Assembly: GCA_004376895.1 (NCBI GenBank) | Contig: SOIH01000087.1 | Location: forward strand, 1 to 62,250 | Source of the DNA: Anaerolineales bacterium | GTDB taxonomy: Bacteria > Chloroflexota > Anaerolineae > Anaerolineales > E44-bin32 | Direction of reading: 5' to 3' | DNA: 62,250 nucleotides | Made by a program: the position numbers and the translations under genes | Shown: piece after piece, positions 37,704-48,596 of the stretch | Layout: each line of letters begins with the position of its first letter | How positions within the stretch are numbered: the stretch's first letter is position 1 | Notes under the pieces: generated by a model | The model's input: the letters and a program-made list of their open reading frames with translations, nothing else | Told to the model about the DNA's origin: nothing | Database searches by the model: none

Positions 37704-40250
37704 TCAGCACTCACTGAAACCGCACGCGTAGCACTTCCGGCATCCCTCTTCATTAACCAGTGCTGCTGCACCGCACTCAGGGCAGAGATCTCCAATCCGC
37801 ATCGTCAATTGACTCTCTGGGGAAGCTTCTTGGATGAGATTGCCCGGAATAATTTCCGGTGTCTCTTCTAGATACGCGGCGAGAGCACGCGCCAAACCAT
37901 CGGGCAGCGAAAGGACTCGGTTGGGGCCAAAGCCCGTTGGTCGTCCGCCTCCGATCCCGGCAAGTTGTCTTACCACCTCTCCAAGTCGATCTCGTGGTGG
38001 AACCGGCGAGGCAATACGCAATAAGTAGGAGATTAATCGCCCGATTGCTTCAGACACTGCAGCGGTCTCAGATCCAGCTTTTGCAGTGGTAATAAAAATC
38101 TCAAACGGCTGTCCGGCTCCGCCCCCGTTTTCATTGATCGTTACAAATGCTTTACCAAGAGGAGTTGTTATTTGATAGGTACAGCCGTCAAGGCGCTGTT
38201 CACGCGGCTTCTTCCCTTCCAGCCAGAGATGGATTTGCCGCGGCGCACCTTCCTTCGGCGATTTCGCATCTGCTGTCCCCTTTGTTTCGAGCACAACTTT
38301 CTGACGTGAGCCCGTAACATAAACCGTCAAGCCTTTACAGCCGAGTTCCCAGGCCAGTATGTAGGCTTGGGCAACGTCTTCCACAGTGGCTTCCGCAGAG
38401 AAGTTGCACGTCTTACTCATACTGTTGTCGACGAACACCTGCATGGCAGCCTGCATCCGCACGTGCTCATCGGCTGAGATATCCTGCGAGACGACTAACA
38501 CATCGCGGATCTCCTCTGGCACGGCTTCAATTCCCTGGCATGAGCCGTGTTTCATCACCGCTTCAATGATCATCTCTCGCGTTAAATCATCAACCCCGTC
38601 TTCAATGAGCGCTTGATCAAACATCGGACTTGTATACGTGAGCCGCAGATCATCGCCTCCATCGTCGACATGGCGGTAATACGCGAGGGCAAAGACCGGT
38701 TCGCAGCCATACCCCTCACATCCAGCGACTGTAGCAATTGTCCCCGTCGGGGCGACAGTTGTCTGTGCGGCGTTTCGTATTCCCGTTTGTTGGATCCCTT
38801 CGAGAACGTCCTGCCAGTCAACCTCCGGCCGCCCATAATCACGCGAGTAGGGACGCAGAGGCTTGGGCGGCTCCCATGTGATTCGGTCTGGATCATAGAT
38901 GCTGCCTTCGATTACCGAGAATGGGCCGCGCTCTCGCGCCAATTCGACGCTCGTTGACATGCAGTGGAAGCGGATGAACTCCATCACCTGACTGGAAAAT
39001 TCTTGGGCTTCCTCCGAACCGTAGCGAATCCCAACGTGATACAGTAAATCGCCAAGCCCCATAATGCCCAAACCGATACGCCGTGCCCGCAAAGCCGCTT
39101 CTTTAAGCTGTGGAACCGCTGGAACGTAGGCATTTGCGCTCACAACATCATCAAGGAAGCGGGTTGCTAGCTGGACGCTTTCGCGCAATCTTGACCAATC
39201 GATAGATCGATTAGGTCCGAAATGTTCTGCGAGGTTGATCGAACCCAGGCAACAGTTTTCATAAGGACCTAACCATTGTTCCCCGCAAGGGTTTGTAGCT
39301 TCCAGATCATACAAATGCGGAACCGGGTTGCTCCGATTTGCGGCATCAAGGAAAAGGACGCCTGGCTCTCCGTTGTGATGAGCTTGCTGAACGATTTTAT
39401 TAAAGAGCTCGCGTGCGCGAACCCGTTTATAGACTATGAACTCGACATTCGATTCGAGGAGCTCGCGATGTGTTCTGTTGGCCTCGCTATACTCCGGTGA
39501 AGATACGTCCGGGAAGCGCAGCTCCCACCAATCGTCGTTTTTAACGGCCTCCATGAAGGCGTCGGTAACACCGATCGAGATGTTGAAATTCGTAATCGCA
39601 TTCTCGTCCGTCTTGCAATGGATAAAGGACTCGATATCGGGATGGTCAACTCTCAAGACTGCCATGTTGGCCCCGCGTCGGGTGCCTCCCTGGGCAATAA
39701 CATCGAAGGCGCGGTCGTATACCCTCAAAAAACCAACCGGACCCGTCGCCTCACCTCTCGAAGAGTTGACCAGGTCACCGTTTGGCCGCAATCTTGAGAA
39801 TGAGAAACCATTGCCTCCACCGGTCTGCTGAATTAAGGCAGCATCACGCAGAGTCTGGAAGATGCCTTCCGAATCACGTCCCATGTCATCAGCAATTGGC
39901 AGGACGAAGCAAGCTGCGAGCTGGCCAAGAGGTGTACCCGCTCCGGTAAAGGTCGGTGAATTCGGAAAAAAACGCTTGCTGGTGATGAGCTCATAGAAAT
40001 CACGTGCGACCGATTCAACTTCAACGTCCCATTCCTCTTCGACTAGCGCAACGTTGTAGGCAACCCGCCAGAACATCTCCTCCACCGTCTCGCTCGGTTG
40101 ACCATCTTCCCCACGTCGAATATAACGCTTGACTAAGACAGTGTGGGCGTTATCGGATAACTCAACAGCACGCAAGTCTTCTGGGAGCGAGGGAATTCTT
40201 TTTACCTCATTATCTAACTCTACGCCCACTCCTTTTTGATCCGTTTCCAA
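37704..40250 (-). CDS. nrdJ: Adenosylcobalamin-dependent class II ribonucleotide reductase with fused C-terminal TSCPD-like and zinc-ribbon domain
   Basis: [38 protein letters not shown] and C-terminal CPECG...CYACGFSEC. No intein visible. Confidence 0.93.
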   Translation of the reverse strand: METDQKGVGVELDNEVKRIPSLPEDLRAVELSDNAHTVLVKRYIRRGEDGQPSETVEEMFWRVAYNVALVEEEWDVEVESVARDFYELITSKRFFPNSPTFTGAGTPLGQLAACFVLPIADDMGRDSEGIFQTLRDAALIQQTGGGNGFSFSRLRPNGDLVNSSRGEATGPVGFLRVYDRAFDVIAQGGTRRGANMAVLRVDHPDIESFIHCKTDENAITNFNISIGVTDAFMEAVKNDDWWELRFPDVSSPEYSEANRTHRELLESNVEFIVYKRVRARELFNKIVQQAHHNGEPGVLFLDAANRSNPVPHLYDLEATNPCGEQWLGPYENCCLGSINLAEHFGPNRSIDWSRLRESVQLATRFLDDVVSANAYVPAVPQLKEAALRARRIGLGIMGLGDLLYHVGIRYGSEEAQEFSSQVMEFIRFHCMSTSVELARERGPFSVIEGSIYDPDRITWEPPKPLRPYSRDYGRPEVDWQDVLEGIQQTGIRNAAQTTVAPTGTIATVAGCEGYGCEPVFALAYYRHVDDGGDDLRLTYTSPMFDQALIEDGVDDLTREMIIEAVMKHGSCQGIEAVPEEIRDVLVVSQDISADEHVRMQAAMQVFVDNSMSKTCNFSAEATVEDVAQAYILAWELGCKGLTVYVTGSRQKVVLETKGTADAKSPKEGAPRQIHLWLEGKKPREQRLDGCTYQITTPLGKAFVTINENGGGAGQPFEIFITTAKAGSETAAVSEAIGRLISYLLRIASPVPPRDRLGEVVRQLAGIGGGRPTGFGPNRVLSLPDGLARALAAYLEETPEIIPGNLIQEASPESQLTMRIGDLCPECGAAALVNEEGCRKCYACGFSEC

Positions 40251-40326
40251 CGTCCTCTCCCTCCGATAAAACCAACCCCATCAAACCCGCCACTTTAAAC
40301 CTCAAGGCAGGTCACTCACGAAACAA

Positions 40327-40776
40327 TCACATTTCGAGCAGAAAATCTATTTCATCGCGAACGGCTTGAAGATCGTCAAGACCGAGGTAAACGATCGCGT
40401 AACGAATGTAGGCAACATGATCGAGGTCTTTTAATCCCGCGATGACCATGTCACCAACGACTCTAGAGGAGACTTCCGCTTTTCCCATCGCCTGGAGCGT
40501 CGATTCAACCTCACCTACAAGTCGTTCAATATCTGCTGCCGATACCGGCCGCTTTGCACAAGCGATCCAGATCCCTTGGTGAAGCTTCTCACGGTCGAAC
40601 TCTTCCCGGGTTCCATCCTGTTTGGCAACTAGTGGGGACGCAAGAACAGCCCGCTCATACGTACTGAAGCGCTGACTGCACCCTATGCACTCCCGGCGAC
40701 GCCGGACTCCACCCCGCGAGTCATGCGTTGTATCGATCACGCGGGTTCGTTCTCCCTCACAGTACGGGCAGCGCAT
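40327..40776 (-). CDS. nrdR: Transcriptional repressor NrdR
   Basis: CPYC, RRRREC..C..RFSTYE, ATP-cone and VAYIRYA. Confidence 0.95.
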   Translation of the reverse strand: MRCPYCEGERTRVIDTTHDSRGGVRRRRECIGCSQRFSTYERAVLASPLVAKQDGTREEFDREKLHQGIWIACAKRPVSAADIERLVGEVESTLQAMGKAEVSSRVVGDMVIAGLKDLDHVAYIRYAIVYLGLDDLQAVRDEIDFLLEM

Positions 40777-40805
40777 TTACGCCTCGCTTATGGCACAGTT
40801 GTTCC

Positions 40806-40852
40806 ACGCCACATCTAGGTGTATCGAAGTTAGCATCCCCAACCGATTGGGG
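40806..40852. promoter_or_regulatory. Tandem NrdR boxes
   Basis: ACGCCACATCTAGGTG (40806) and CCCCAACCGATTGGGG (40837) fit the acaCwAtATaTwGtg-type consensus and are 31 bp apart, upstream of nrdR-nrdJ. Confidence 0.7.
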
Positions 40853-40947
40853 TTAGAGCGGTAAATTTTAGCATATTGAGGAACACTACAACAAGGTAAT
40901 AAGCACTCTCTGAACCTTAAAATAATTGGTACTCTGGTCCCCCCCTT

Positions 40948-41004
40948 AAAAAGAAACACAACAGACCGTTTCCGGGAGGAGGATACCGGCGACGGTCTGT
41001 GTGT
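40948..41004 (-). terminator. Terminator of ftsZ/dcw transcript
   Basis: Minus strand ACACACAGACCGT-CG-CCGG-[TATCCTCCTC]-CCGG-AA-ACGGTCTGTTGTGT followed by TTCTTTTT. Confidence 0.65.
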
Positions 41005-41095
41005 ATGGATGCCCTTAGAAGAAACCGTGCGGCAAACGGTTCTCAAGGGCGTTTAGGGGTAGGAGTCGACTGGCCGGGCCGAGAGCCCACCCACC

Positions 41096-42196
41096 TTAAC
41101 GTCTACGTAAAAAAGCCGGGATGTCCAGATCGTTCATATCAAACGCTTGCGGTTGGAATTCCTCGGCGGCGGTAGCTGCCCGCCCTTCTTGCGCACGTGC
41201 TTCCGTTCGACTGCGCGGCCTGCGCATCGCATGGTGAAGTCCACCAGCACGCTCAAAACCAGTTGCGATTACGGTCACTCGCAGTTCCTCGCCCATACTC
41301 GGGTCGATGACTGCGCCGAAGATCAAGTTGACATCTGGGTGAGCCGTTTCCTTGATGATCGCCGCGGCTTGATTGACCTCGTACAGGCTCAAATCATGCC
41401 CGCCCGTAACATTGAAAAGGATGCCGCGCGCGCCATCGATTGTGATATCCAGAAGATGACTTGAAATTGCCTGCTCGGCAGCTACGCGGGAACGATCCTC
41501 GCCCGAAGCCCTGCCGACAGCCATCAAAGCTGCGCCTCCTTCGGACATGATCGTGCGCACATCCGCGAAGTCGAGATTGATAAGGCCGGGGACGGTGATC
41601 AGTTCACTGATGCCCTGAATACCCTGGTGGAGCACATCGTCGGCAATCTTGAACGCGTCATGCAAGCTGGCTTTCTTATCCGCGATCTGCAGCAAACGAT
41701 CGTTCGGAATAACGATTAAGGTATCGACTTTTTCCTTCAATTCCCCGATGCCAGACTCAGCAACCTGCGCCCGCTTCGCCCCCTCAAAGGTGAAAGGTCT
41801 CGTGACCACGCCGATGGTCAACGCTCCAATCTCCCTTGCGATCTGGGCGATGATCGGTGCAGCGCCAGTTCCTGTCCCGCCTCCGATCCCCGCGGCGATA
41901 AAGACCATGTCACTGCCTTTGAGGACTTCGTAAAGATCCTCTGCAGACTCTTCGGCAGCTTTCTGACCCACCTCAGGGTTGCCCCCTGCGCCGAGTCCGC
42001 GAGTCAGTTTATCGCCAATGCGAACTCTGGTAATTGCATTCGAAAGAAGGAGTGCCTGGGCGTCGGTGTTTACGGCAATGAACTCAATGCCGGCCAAGCC
42101 CTCTTCAATCATGCGGTTGACGGCGTTGCTTCCGCCGCCGCCAATTCCAACGACTTTTATCCTGGCAAATGACTCCGTCTGTGGTATTGGTTTCAT
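41096..42196 (-). CDS. ftsZ: Cell division protein FtsZ
   Basis: [18 protein letters not shown] tubulin signature, INLDFADV and C-terminal DIPAFLRRR. Start MKPIPQ after GGAGG. Confidence 0.97.
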   Translation of the reverse strand: MKPIPQTESFARIKVVGIGGGGSNAVNRMIEEGLAGIEFIAVNTDAQALLLSNAITRVRIGDKLTRGLGAGGNPEVGQKAAEESAEDLYEVLKGSDMVFIAAGIGGGTGTGAAPIIAQIAREIGALTIGVVTRPFTFEGAKRAQVAESGIGELKEKVDTLIVIPNDRLLQIADKKASLHDAFKIADDVLHQGIQGISELITVPGLINLDFADVRTIMSEGGAALMAVGRASGEDRSRVAAEQAISSHLLDITIDGARGILFNVTGGHDLSLYEVNQAAAIIKETAHPDVNLIFGAVIDPSMGEELRVTVIATGFERAGGLHHAMRRPRSRTEARAQEGRAATAAEEFQPQAFDMNDLDIPAFLRRR

Positions 42197-42273
42197 CTTC
42201 TTCCTCCTCCAACAATGGTTCGTTGTCTTATCCACCCCAGTCCTGTCTAGAGTTTCAGGCTGGAGCAAGGGAT

Positions 42274-43530
42274 TTATCCGGGTAGTAACCGTTTGAAAAA
42301 ATCTACTGTTTTTTCCAAATTAAATCTTGGCAGCGTGAAACCAGCATAAGTAAAACCATCAACCCCGGTCTGCTCTCCCAGCACCTGTGCCCAATAAAGT
42401 AATCCCAGGCTGGCTGCGTAAGCTGGTGAACGCAAACGATCGACTAAACCGAGCATACGCTCCGGCTCCGCGGTTCGAACGGGTAAACGAAGTATTTCAT
42501 TGGCGACATCACGAATGCCTGGCAGCTGGCTTGTCCCTCCCGCCAATACAATTCCTGCCGGCAATAACCCATCATATCCACTGCGTTTTACTTCCTGTCG
42601 TACTAAACTAAATAATTCCTCGATCCGCGGCTCGATGATCACCGCCATGTCCTTACATTTGATTCGGATCGACTGCTCCTCACCAAAGGGGCGAACAGCG
42701 AACGCTTGATTGGGATCAAAGCCTGAAGGTCGGGCATAACCATGCCGCCTTTTCGCAGACTCGGCAGTCTCCTGGGGTAGATGCAGAACTTGGGCAATAT
42801 CATTTGAAAGATGCTCACCGCCCACGGGGATGACCGCGGTATGCCAGACGGCCCCCTCAATGTATATTGCGATGTCTGTCGTTCCCGCACCTATGTCGCA
42901 GAGCATCACTCCCATTTCTTGTTCGGTCTCGCTCAGAGTAACACCGGCCGATGCGAGTGACCCGAGCACCCAGCCATCAACATCGATCCCGGCTGCTTCA
43001 ATGCATTTTTCTAGATTGCGCAGCGCAGTGCTACTAGCTGTCACAATATGGGCTTCCACTTCAAGACGGTAGCCATGCATACCTATAGCGGACTTAATCC
43101 CATCTTGTCCATCGACAACGAAGGCTCGCGGGATGACGTGTACGATAGCCCGATCGTATGGGATCACAATCGAACGGGCGGCCTCGATCGCCCTGCTTAC
43201 ATCATCGCCGCTAATCGTCCGGCCCGTCACACCCGTCATACCCTTACTGTTGAGCGAGGAGACATGAGACCCGGAGAGACTGACCATTGCGGAGGTGATC
43301 TCGTAACCCGAAGTTCGCTCGGCTTTATCCTTTGAAATCCGGATCGCCCGAGCTAAAGCCTCCAGGTTAACGACGCCCCCTTTGCGCATACCTTTCGATG
43401 GCGCTTCGCCGATACCGATCACCCGCAACTTTCCATCAGGCGTGGAATGTCCCACGAGCATACAGATTTTGCTCGTGCCGATATCCAGCCCGACGAAGAT
43501 CGTCTCATCCAAACCGAGAATCGTTGCCAC
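42274..43530 (-). CDS. ftsA: Cell division protein FtsA
   Basis: [18 protein letters not shown] and [11 protein letters not shown]. Confidence 0.95.
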   Translation of the reverse strand: MATILGLDETIFVGLDIGTSKICMLVGHSTPDGKLRVIGIGEAPSKGMRKGGVVNLEALARAIRISKDKAERTSGYEITSAMVSLSGSHVSSLNSKGMTGVTGRTISGDDVSRAIEAARSIVIPYDRAIVHVIPRAFVVDGQDGIKSAIGMHGYRLEVEAHIVTASSTALRNLEKCIEAAGIDVDGWVLGSLASAGVTLSETEQEMGVMLCDIGAGTTDIAIYIEGAVWHTAVIPVGGEHLSNDIAQVLHLPQETAESAKRRHGYARPSGFDPNQAFAVRPFGEEQSIRIKCKDMAVIIEPRIEELFSLVRQEVKRSGYDGLLPAGIVLAGGTSQLPGIRDVANEILRLPVRTAEPERMLGLVDRLRSPAYAASLGLLYWAQVLGEQTGVDGFTYAGFTLPRFNLEKTVDFFKRLLPG

Positions 43531-43538
43531 TTAATTTC

Positions 43539-44444
43539 TCACTCCATTGCGTAAAACGGTGCGTGTTGATCCTCAACGCTCACCATGGTTACCGGGATGT
43601 TATCCGCAAATAACTTATCAGCTATGGTGTTATAGATTCGCACCTTCATGCGCATATCACCCTCTTCCCCGAAGTATGCCTGCCATCCGCGCACATCCAT
43701 GAAACTTAGACCATGGTCGGGGTCAAACTGCCAAGAACTGACCTCTGGCAGATGTTTGGACAAAACATCCACGGCACTCAGCAAGCCTGGGTCGATGACC
43801 GGATCGTTCGCACTGCCCTCGAGGTTCAAGACCGGTTCCACACTCGTGACCTGCGCCAGATCTGACCGGATGCCGTGTTGTATGTACGCGGTGCCATCGG
43901 CACTCAGCCACCATATCCGACCACCATCATTCCACTCTACGGATGGCTGACGTTCCTCAAGCAAGATCTCAACCTGATTTGGCCATTTCAACGTAACGGT
44001 TGCTTCATTCACCTCTGCTGCCTCCTTTAGTCTGGCTTCAACGACCTCTGGGTCGACGAGAAAGACAGACTGCCCTTCAACTCCTGCCAACGATCGGACT
44101 TGCGCTAAACTGAGCATCTGCTGGCCATCGATCATAGGCATGCCGGTTTTATAGGTTGGTGCTTGTACAAACCTGGTAATAATCCAAAGACTGACACCCA
44201 ACAGCACAATCGAGAACAACCTCGAGCCAAAATGTGCTCCTGAAATCCCTGTTAGTTGAATCTCCGCCCCGACATCTGCACTTATGGGTATGTCATAACG
44301 ACGCCTTGCCCGTGTTTTCCTGCGCGGTTTTGTCTTCTTAAAATGACCCGCCCGTTCAACTTTCCGGACTTTCCGCACCCGCCGTGCGCGCACCCGGTCC
44401 GCCCTGCTTTCAGGAACACCGAATGCCCTCTCACTGACGCTCAT
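43539..44444 (-). CDS. ftsQ: FtsQ/DivIB-like cell division protein
   Basis: Basic N-terminal tail, one TM and a POTRA-like segment (KWPNQVEILLEERQP). Sits between ddl and ftsA. Confidence 0.75.
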   Translation of the reverse strand: MSVSERAFGVPESRADRVRARRVRKVRKVERAGHFKKTKPRRKTRARRRYDIPISADVGAEIQLTGISGAHFGSRLFSIVLLGVSLWIITRFVQAPTYKTGMPMIDGQQMLSLAQVRSLAGVEGQSVFLVDPEVVEARLKEAAEVNEATVTLKWPNQVEILLEERQPSVEWNDGGRIWWLSADGTAYIQHGIRSDLAQVTSVEPVLNLEGSANDPVIDPGLLSAVDVLSKHLPEVSSWQFDPDHGLSFMDVRGWQAYFGEEGDMRMKVRIYNTIADKLFADNIPVTMVSVEDQHAPFYAME

Positions 44445-45556
44445 AGCGTTCCCTCTCCCTTATAACTGCGAAGAAGTCCGCTCTTCTGTTCGTGGCGCAA
44501 CAATCCCAATTCAATCAGCCGATCAAGAAGCTCCTTATATGGCAACGCGCTCGCCTCCCACAGCTTCGGATACATACTGATTTGTGTGAAGCCGGGGATG
44601 GTGTTGATTTCATTCAGGTACAGATCTCCCGTTACCTTATCGAGGAGGAAGTCGACGCGTGCCAAACCCGCACCATCGATTGCTCGGTATGCCTGTATTG
44701 CCAGTTGCTGCGCTTTCTTCGCTGTCTCCTCGCCTATCTCAGCCGGGATTATCAATTCAGAAGCATCATCGATGTACTTTGCCTTGTAAGAATAAAAATC
44801 ATCACTGGGGATAATCTCACCCGGAACCGAGGCTTTAACTTCCTCGTTTCCGAGCACACTTACTTCGATCTCTCGAGCATCCAGCCCCCATTCCACAAGG
44901 ATCCTTCGATCGTACTGCGCTGCCTCCATGAGTCCCTCAAGCAGCGTTGAGCGCTCCATGCAGCGCGTAATTCCCACGGAAGATCCCATGTTGGCGGGTT
45001 TTGTAAAGAGCGGATAGTCTCCCAGACGCTCTGCTTTTTCAAGCGCCCCATCTGGGTCCGCTTGTAGTTCTGAAGCCTCAAGCACAATCCAATCTACTAC
45101 CGGTATTGCCTGAGCCCTCATGATGTCCTTGAACAACCCTTTATCCATCGCCACCGAGGATGCGAGTACCCCCGCACCGACATATGGAAGCTCTGCAAGC
45201 TCAAATAGACCCTGCATCGTCCCGTCCTCGCCGAAAGTGCCGTGCAATACGGGAAAAACGACGTCTAGCTCCTTCAATATTTCGAGGGATTCGCCAATTT
45301 CCTGGCGGAAAAGCGCGGCCCTCTCGGGTTCTGGGATCAACATTACTGGATGTAAGGATTCATGCTCTCCGGCCTCAAAGGCTCGGAGTGCACCGTCTCC
45401 ATACAACCAGTGTCCCTCTTTCGAGATTCCGATCTCTACCACCTCGTACTTTGCCCTATCCAGAGCGTCAACCACCGAACGCGCCGACATGAGGGACACC
45501 TCATGCTCCCCGGATCGACCTCCAAAGAGAACGCCCAAGCGCAGCTTTTTACTCAT
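44441..45556 (-). CDS. ddl: D-alanine--D-alanine ligase
   Basis: GGRSGEHEVS, LHGTFGEDG, GSSVG, FYSYKAKY and EINTIPGFT. Confidence 0.95.
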   Translation of the reverse strand: MSKKLRLGVLFGGRSGEHEVSLMSARSVVDALDRAKYEVVEIGISKEGHWLYGDGALRAFEAGEHESLHPVMLIPEPERAALFRQEIGESLEILKELDVVFPVLHGTFGEDGTMQGLFELAELPYVGAGVLASSVAMDKGLFKDIMRAQAIPVVDWIVLEASELQADPDGALEKAERLGDYPLFTKPANMGSSVGITRCMERSTLLEGLMEAAQYDRRILVEWGLDAREIEVSVLGNEEVKASVPGEIIPSDDFYSYKAKYIDDASELIIPAEIGEETAKKAQQLAIQAYRAIDGAGLARVDFLLDKVTGDLYLNEINTIPGFTQISMYPKLWEASALPYKELLDRLIELGLLRHEQKSGLLRSYKGEGTL

Positions 45557-46527
45557 GAAGACCCTTTCCCTCGTCTGGAAAGAGCGGCTTCATTCTCCGG
45601 CCACTCGCCAATGAGCTCAATCTCGAGTTCAAGTGAAACCCCGAACTTTTCCATGACTTTCTCATGTGCGGTTTGGATCAACGTCCATACCTGATCTGCA
45701 GTTCCCTCGCCTTCATTCATGAAGAAATTGGCATGTTTTTGACTAATCGAAACCGCTCCCTGCTTGAAACCTTTCAATCCAACAGCATCGATCAATCGAC
45801 CGGCGAAGTCATCAGGAGGGTTTCTAAACATCGAACCCATACTCGCACCTGACGGCTGCGATTGCCCGCGCCGTTCCGAATACTCGCTCATCTTTGCTTT
45901 ACACGCATCCTCGGTGGAGGCAGACAGCTCCAGGATCGTCGACAGAACGACAGAGCCTGGATTGCGCTTCAAAACACTGTTGCGATAGCCGTATTCCAGA
46001 CGTTCCAACGGCCATTCCTCCACACATCCATCTTGTTGCAAGATTTCGGCCATTTTCAACACGCTGGCCATGTCTCCATCAAATGCACCTGCATTTCCAA
46101 CAACTGCTCCCCCAACCGTTCCAGGCACGGTTGCCCCCCATTCCAGCCCGGACCAACCACGATCTCCTGCCAGCCTTGCTATCGTCCCCAACACAGCGCC
46201 CGACTCGGCTTTTACGAACCGCGCCTCCTCTTCCTGGAAGAAGTGGATCTTGCGTGCACGATTCAGGACCACCAACTCGCGCACCCCTCGGTCGGAGACC
46301 AGAATGTTTGAGCCGCCCCCCAGGATGATGAATTGAACGTTCTCATTCCATAACTGGCGCGTAACATCTGCCAAATCCTCCGCCGAGCGAACCTCCAACA
46401 GGAAGTCCGCCAGACCTCCAATGCGTGCTGAGGTATATGGAGCCATCGGCACGGATTCGCCCAGCCGATCACCAAAAAGCTCTCGCAGCCTGAGTACAGT
46501 CTCAGGTGAGATGACAATGTCCATCAC
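45553..46527 (-). CDS. murB: UDP-N-acetylmuramate dehydrogenase
   Basis: GGGSNIL, PGTVGGAVVGNAGA, GSMFRNP, KHANF and LELEI. Confidence 0.95.
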   Translation of the reverse strand: MMDIVISPETVLRLRELFGDRLGESVPMAPYTSARIGGLADFLLEVRSAEDLADVTRQLWNENVQFIILGGGSNILVSDRGVRELVVLNRARKIHFFQEEEARFVKAESGAVLGTIARLAGDRGWSGLEWGATVPGTVGGAVVGNAGAFDGDMASVLKMAEILQQDGCVEEWPLERLEYGYRNSVLKRNPGSVVLSTILELSASTEDACKAKMSEYSERRGQSQPSGASMGSMFRNPPDDFAGRLIDAVGLKGFKQGAVSISQKHANFFMNEGEGTADQVWTLIQTAHEKVMEKFGVSLELEIELIGEWPENEAALSRRGKGSS

Positions 46528-46709
46528 AAATGTCGCACCTTATCAATGATCCGATTCAAGAGCTCTAGCTCCGGAACCTCTAGCGGAAGGTTCTCTTGTG
46601 GTCCAGCAAATGCGAGTTGTGCAGCTTTTTTCGCGGCCAAACGCATGCGGAGCTCCATCCTTCTATCGGCTTCAAAGACGCCCTTTTTCTTCTTAGCCAT
46701 GCTATTCAT
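46524..46709 (-). CDS. Small hypothetical protein (61 aa) between murC and murB
   Basis: Fills the gap exactly, overlapping the murC stop and the murB start. SD GAGGGAG. Confidence 0.55.
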   Translation of the reverse strand: MNSMAKKKKGVFEADRRMELRMRLAAKKAAQLAFAGPQENLPLEVPELELLNRIIDKVRHL

Positions 46710-48066
46710 CTCCCTCGCTTGCCTTTAGTTTTTCCAACAGCAATCTGCCGACCTGATTCCCATCTCCTGCGCTAAGGGTAATCACAACGGATTTTTCTCG
46801 AAGCTCATCGAAAAGCACCTGCGCCGCTTTAGCCAGCTCCGGGATAAAGCGGACATCCCCATGATCAATACTTTCAGCGATGACCTTCCCGGAGAGAGTG
46901 GGATCCTCTACTTCTCGGGCGGCGAAGACATCCAAGACAAGCACTCGATCCGCATCAGCAAAAGCCTGGGCGAATTCATCCAGCAAGGTCCGAATGCGGG
47001 AATAGGTGTGAGGTTGAAAAACCGCCCACAGTTCTTGCTTCGGAAAACGCTCACGGGCTGCCTGCAACGTGGCGCGTATTTCAGTCGGGTGATGAGCATA
47101 ATCGTCGACAACCATTACGCCTTTCGCCTCGCCCAGAATTTCGAAGCGTCGCTCTACCCCATGAAATTCCGTTAACGCTTCATTCGCCCGTTTGAAGGCC
47201 ACACCAAGATGATCTACGACTGCCAAGGCAGCCAGGGTGTTCTTCACATTGTGCTCGCCAGGTAGGCGCGTCCGGGTTAAACCCAATGTCTCCCCATTTT
47301 TAACAACGAGGAAGTCAGAGCCGCCAGCGGGATTCGAACGAATCTCCTCTGCCCGCCAATCAACTTCCTTGGAAAGACCGTAGGTTACTTTTCGAGCAGA
47401 TCCTGACTTTAAGCTCGTGGCGCCTTCATCATCCCCACAAATAATTAGGCAATCCTCAACCTGGTCCACGAAGGATTGAAATGCGGCGTGAAAGTCTGCT
47501 GCGGTGGGATAACAATCCGGATGATCGTGCTCCACGTTCGTTACCACAGCCACTTTGGGCTGCAAACCCAAGAAGGCCCGATCATATTCATCCGCTTCAA
47601 TCACAAAGTGCGGTCCCTGACCGACACGTGCGTTTGATTTGAAATCAGTCACCATTCCACCCACCATGAAAGTAGGATCCTGACCTGTCTGGACCAGAAG
47701 CCAGGCGATCAAAGCCGTCGTCGTTGTTTTTCCGTGTGTCCCGGCTACGGCAATGGTCTCGCTCTCGGCGGTTAATTCCCGGAGGAAGGCATCACGCCGG
47801 AGAACCGGAATGCCTAGTTCCAAAGCGTGAACGAGTTCGACGTTACCTTCCGGAATGGCGGATGAGGCGACAACCTGCGACGCCCCGACTACGTTCTCGG
47901 CGCTGTGGCCGTACGCGATCCTTATGCCTTCTTTTTCAAGCGCATCGGAAAATATGGATCGAGCTCGGTCTGAACCCGTCACATCAACTCCTCGTCCATG
48001 AAGCACCTTTGCCACGGCCGATATCCCTGCGCCGCCAATCCCAACCAAATGCACCTTTCGACTCAT
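46702..48066 (-). CDS. murC: UDP-N-acetylmuramate--L-alanine ligase
   Basis: GIGGAGIS, AGTHGKTTT, EADEYD, DDYAHHPTE and FQPHTYSR. Confidence 0.96.
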   Translation of the reverse strand: MSRKVHLVGIGGAGISAVAKVLHGRGVDVTGSDRARSIFSDALEKEGIRIAYGHSAENVVGASQVVASSAIPEGNVELVHALELGIPVLRRDAFLRELTAESETIAVAGTHGKTTTTALIAWLLVQTGQDPTFMVGGMVTDFKSNARVGQGPHFVIEADEYDRAFLGLQPKVAVVTNVEHDHPDCYPTAADFHAAFQSFVDQVEDCLIICGDDEGATSLKSGSARKVTYGLSKEVDWRAEEIRSNPAGGSDFLVVKNGETLGLTRTRLPGEHNVKNTLAALAVVDHLGVAFKRANEALTEFHGVERRFEILGEAKGVMVVDDYAHHPTEIRATLQAARERFPKQELWAVFQPHTYSRIRTLLDEFAQAFADADRVLVLDVFAAREVEDPTLSGKVIAESIDHGDVRFIPELAKAAQVLFDELREKSVVITLSAGDGNQVGRLLLEKLKASEGDE

Positions 48067-48596
48067 ACGAACACCACGATGATGAAGACGAACACAACCC
48101 CCACTGCGAAGTAGAGCTGCGGAATTGGCAAGATCGCCGGAGGCAGGTAAGCGACGATATTGAATATCTGCTCAAATAGTTCTGATCCTTCTGGAGGCAT
48201 CTGAATCCATGCCGTCGGGTAATTTAAATCGTGCAGGAAGAACCAGATCGATCCAAAGAGCAGATACCCGTTTAATGCACCTAGTGCAATCCCTAGAAGG
48301 ACATCCTGGAGCCGCTCGCGCACTAGCTTTGACTGCAGGGCACGAATATGCGGTGTCTGATAACCAAAGAATGCCAACAGCCCCAGGAAACCGGCCCGAA
48401 TGATGAATTGCGTTCCCGGCGGCTGCATCACCAATGCCGTGTAATAGGGTCGAATATGTGTTTCCAGAATCTGGATGATGAAGAGCGCAAGGATGATGGC
48501 GCTTGTTACGAGCAGCTCCTTTGCCCAGCCGCGAACTGCGCCAATAATGGCGAAGAGAGAGATCAAAATACCGAATAGGACGACAATGCTTATCAT
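48063..48596 (-). CDS. CvpA-like membrane protein
   Basis: IGAVRGWAKELL start and LLGIALGALNG motif, highly hydrophobic. Coupled to murG and murC. Confidence 0.65.
   Translation of the reverse strand: MISIVVLFGILISLFAIIGAVRGWAKELLVTSAIILALFIIQILETHIRPYYTALVMQPPGTQFIIRAGFLGLLAFFGYQTPHIRALQSKLVRERLQDVLLGIALGALNGYLLFGSIWFFLHDLNYPTAWIQMPPEGSELFEQIFNIVAYLPPAILPIPQLYFAVGVVFVFIIVVFV

Noticed and set aside
37704-40250. Intein or intron in nrdJ
   Set aside because: The catalytic motifs are contiguous (NPCGEQ), and the extra length is explained by the C-terminal domain.
44441-45556. Van-type D-Ala-D-Lac ligase
   Set aside because: The omega-loop FYSYKAKY with Tyr and the dcw location indicate an ordinary Ddl.
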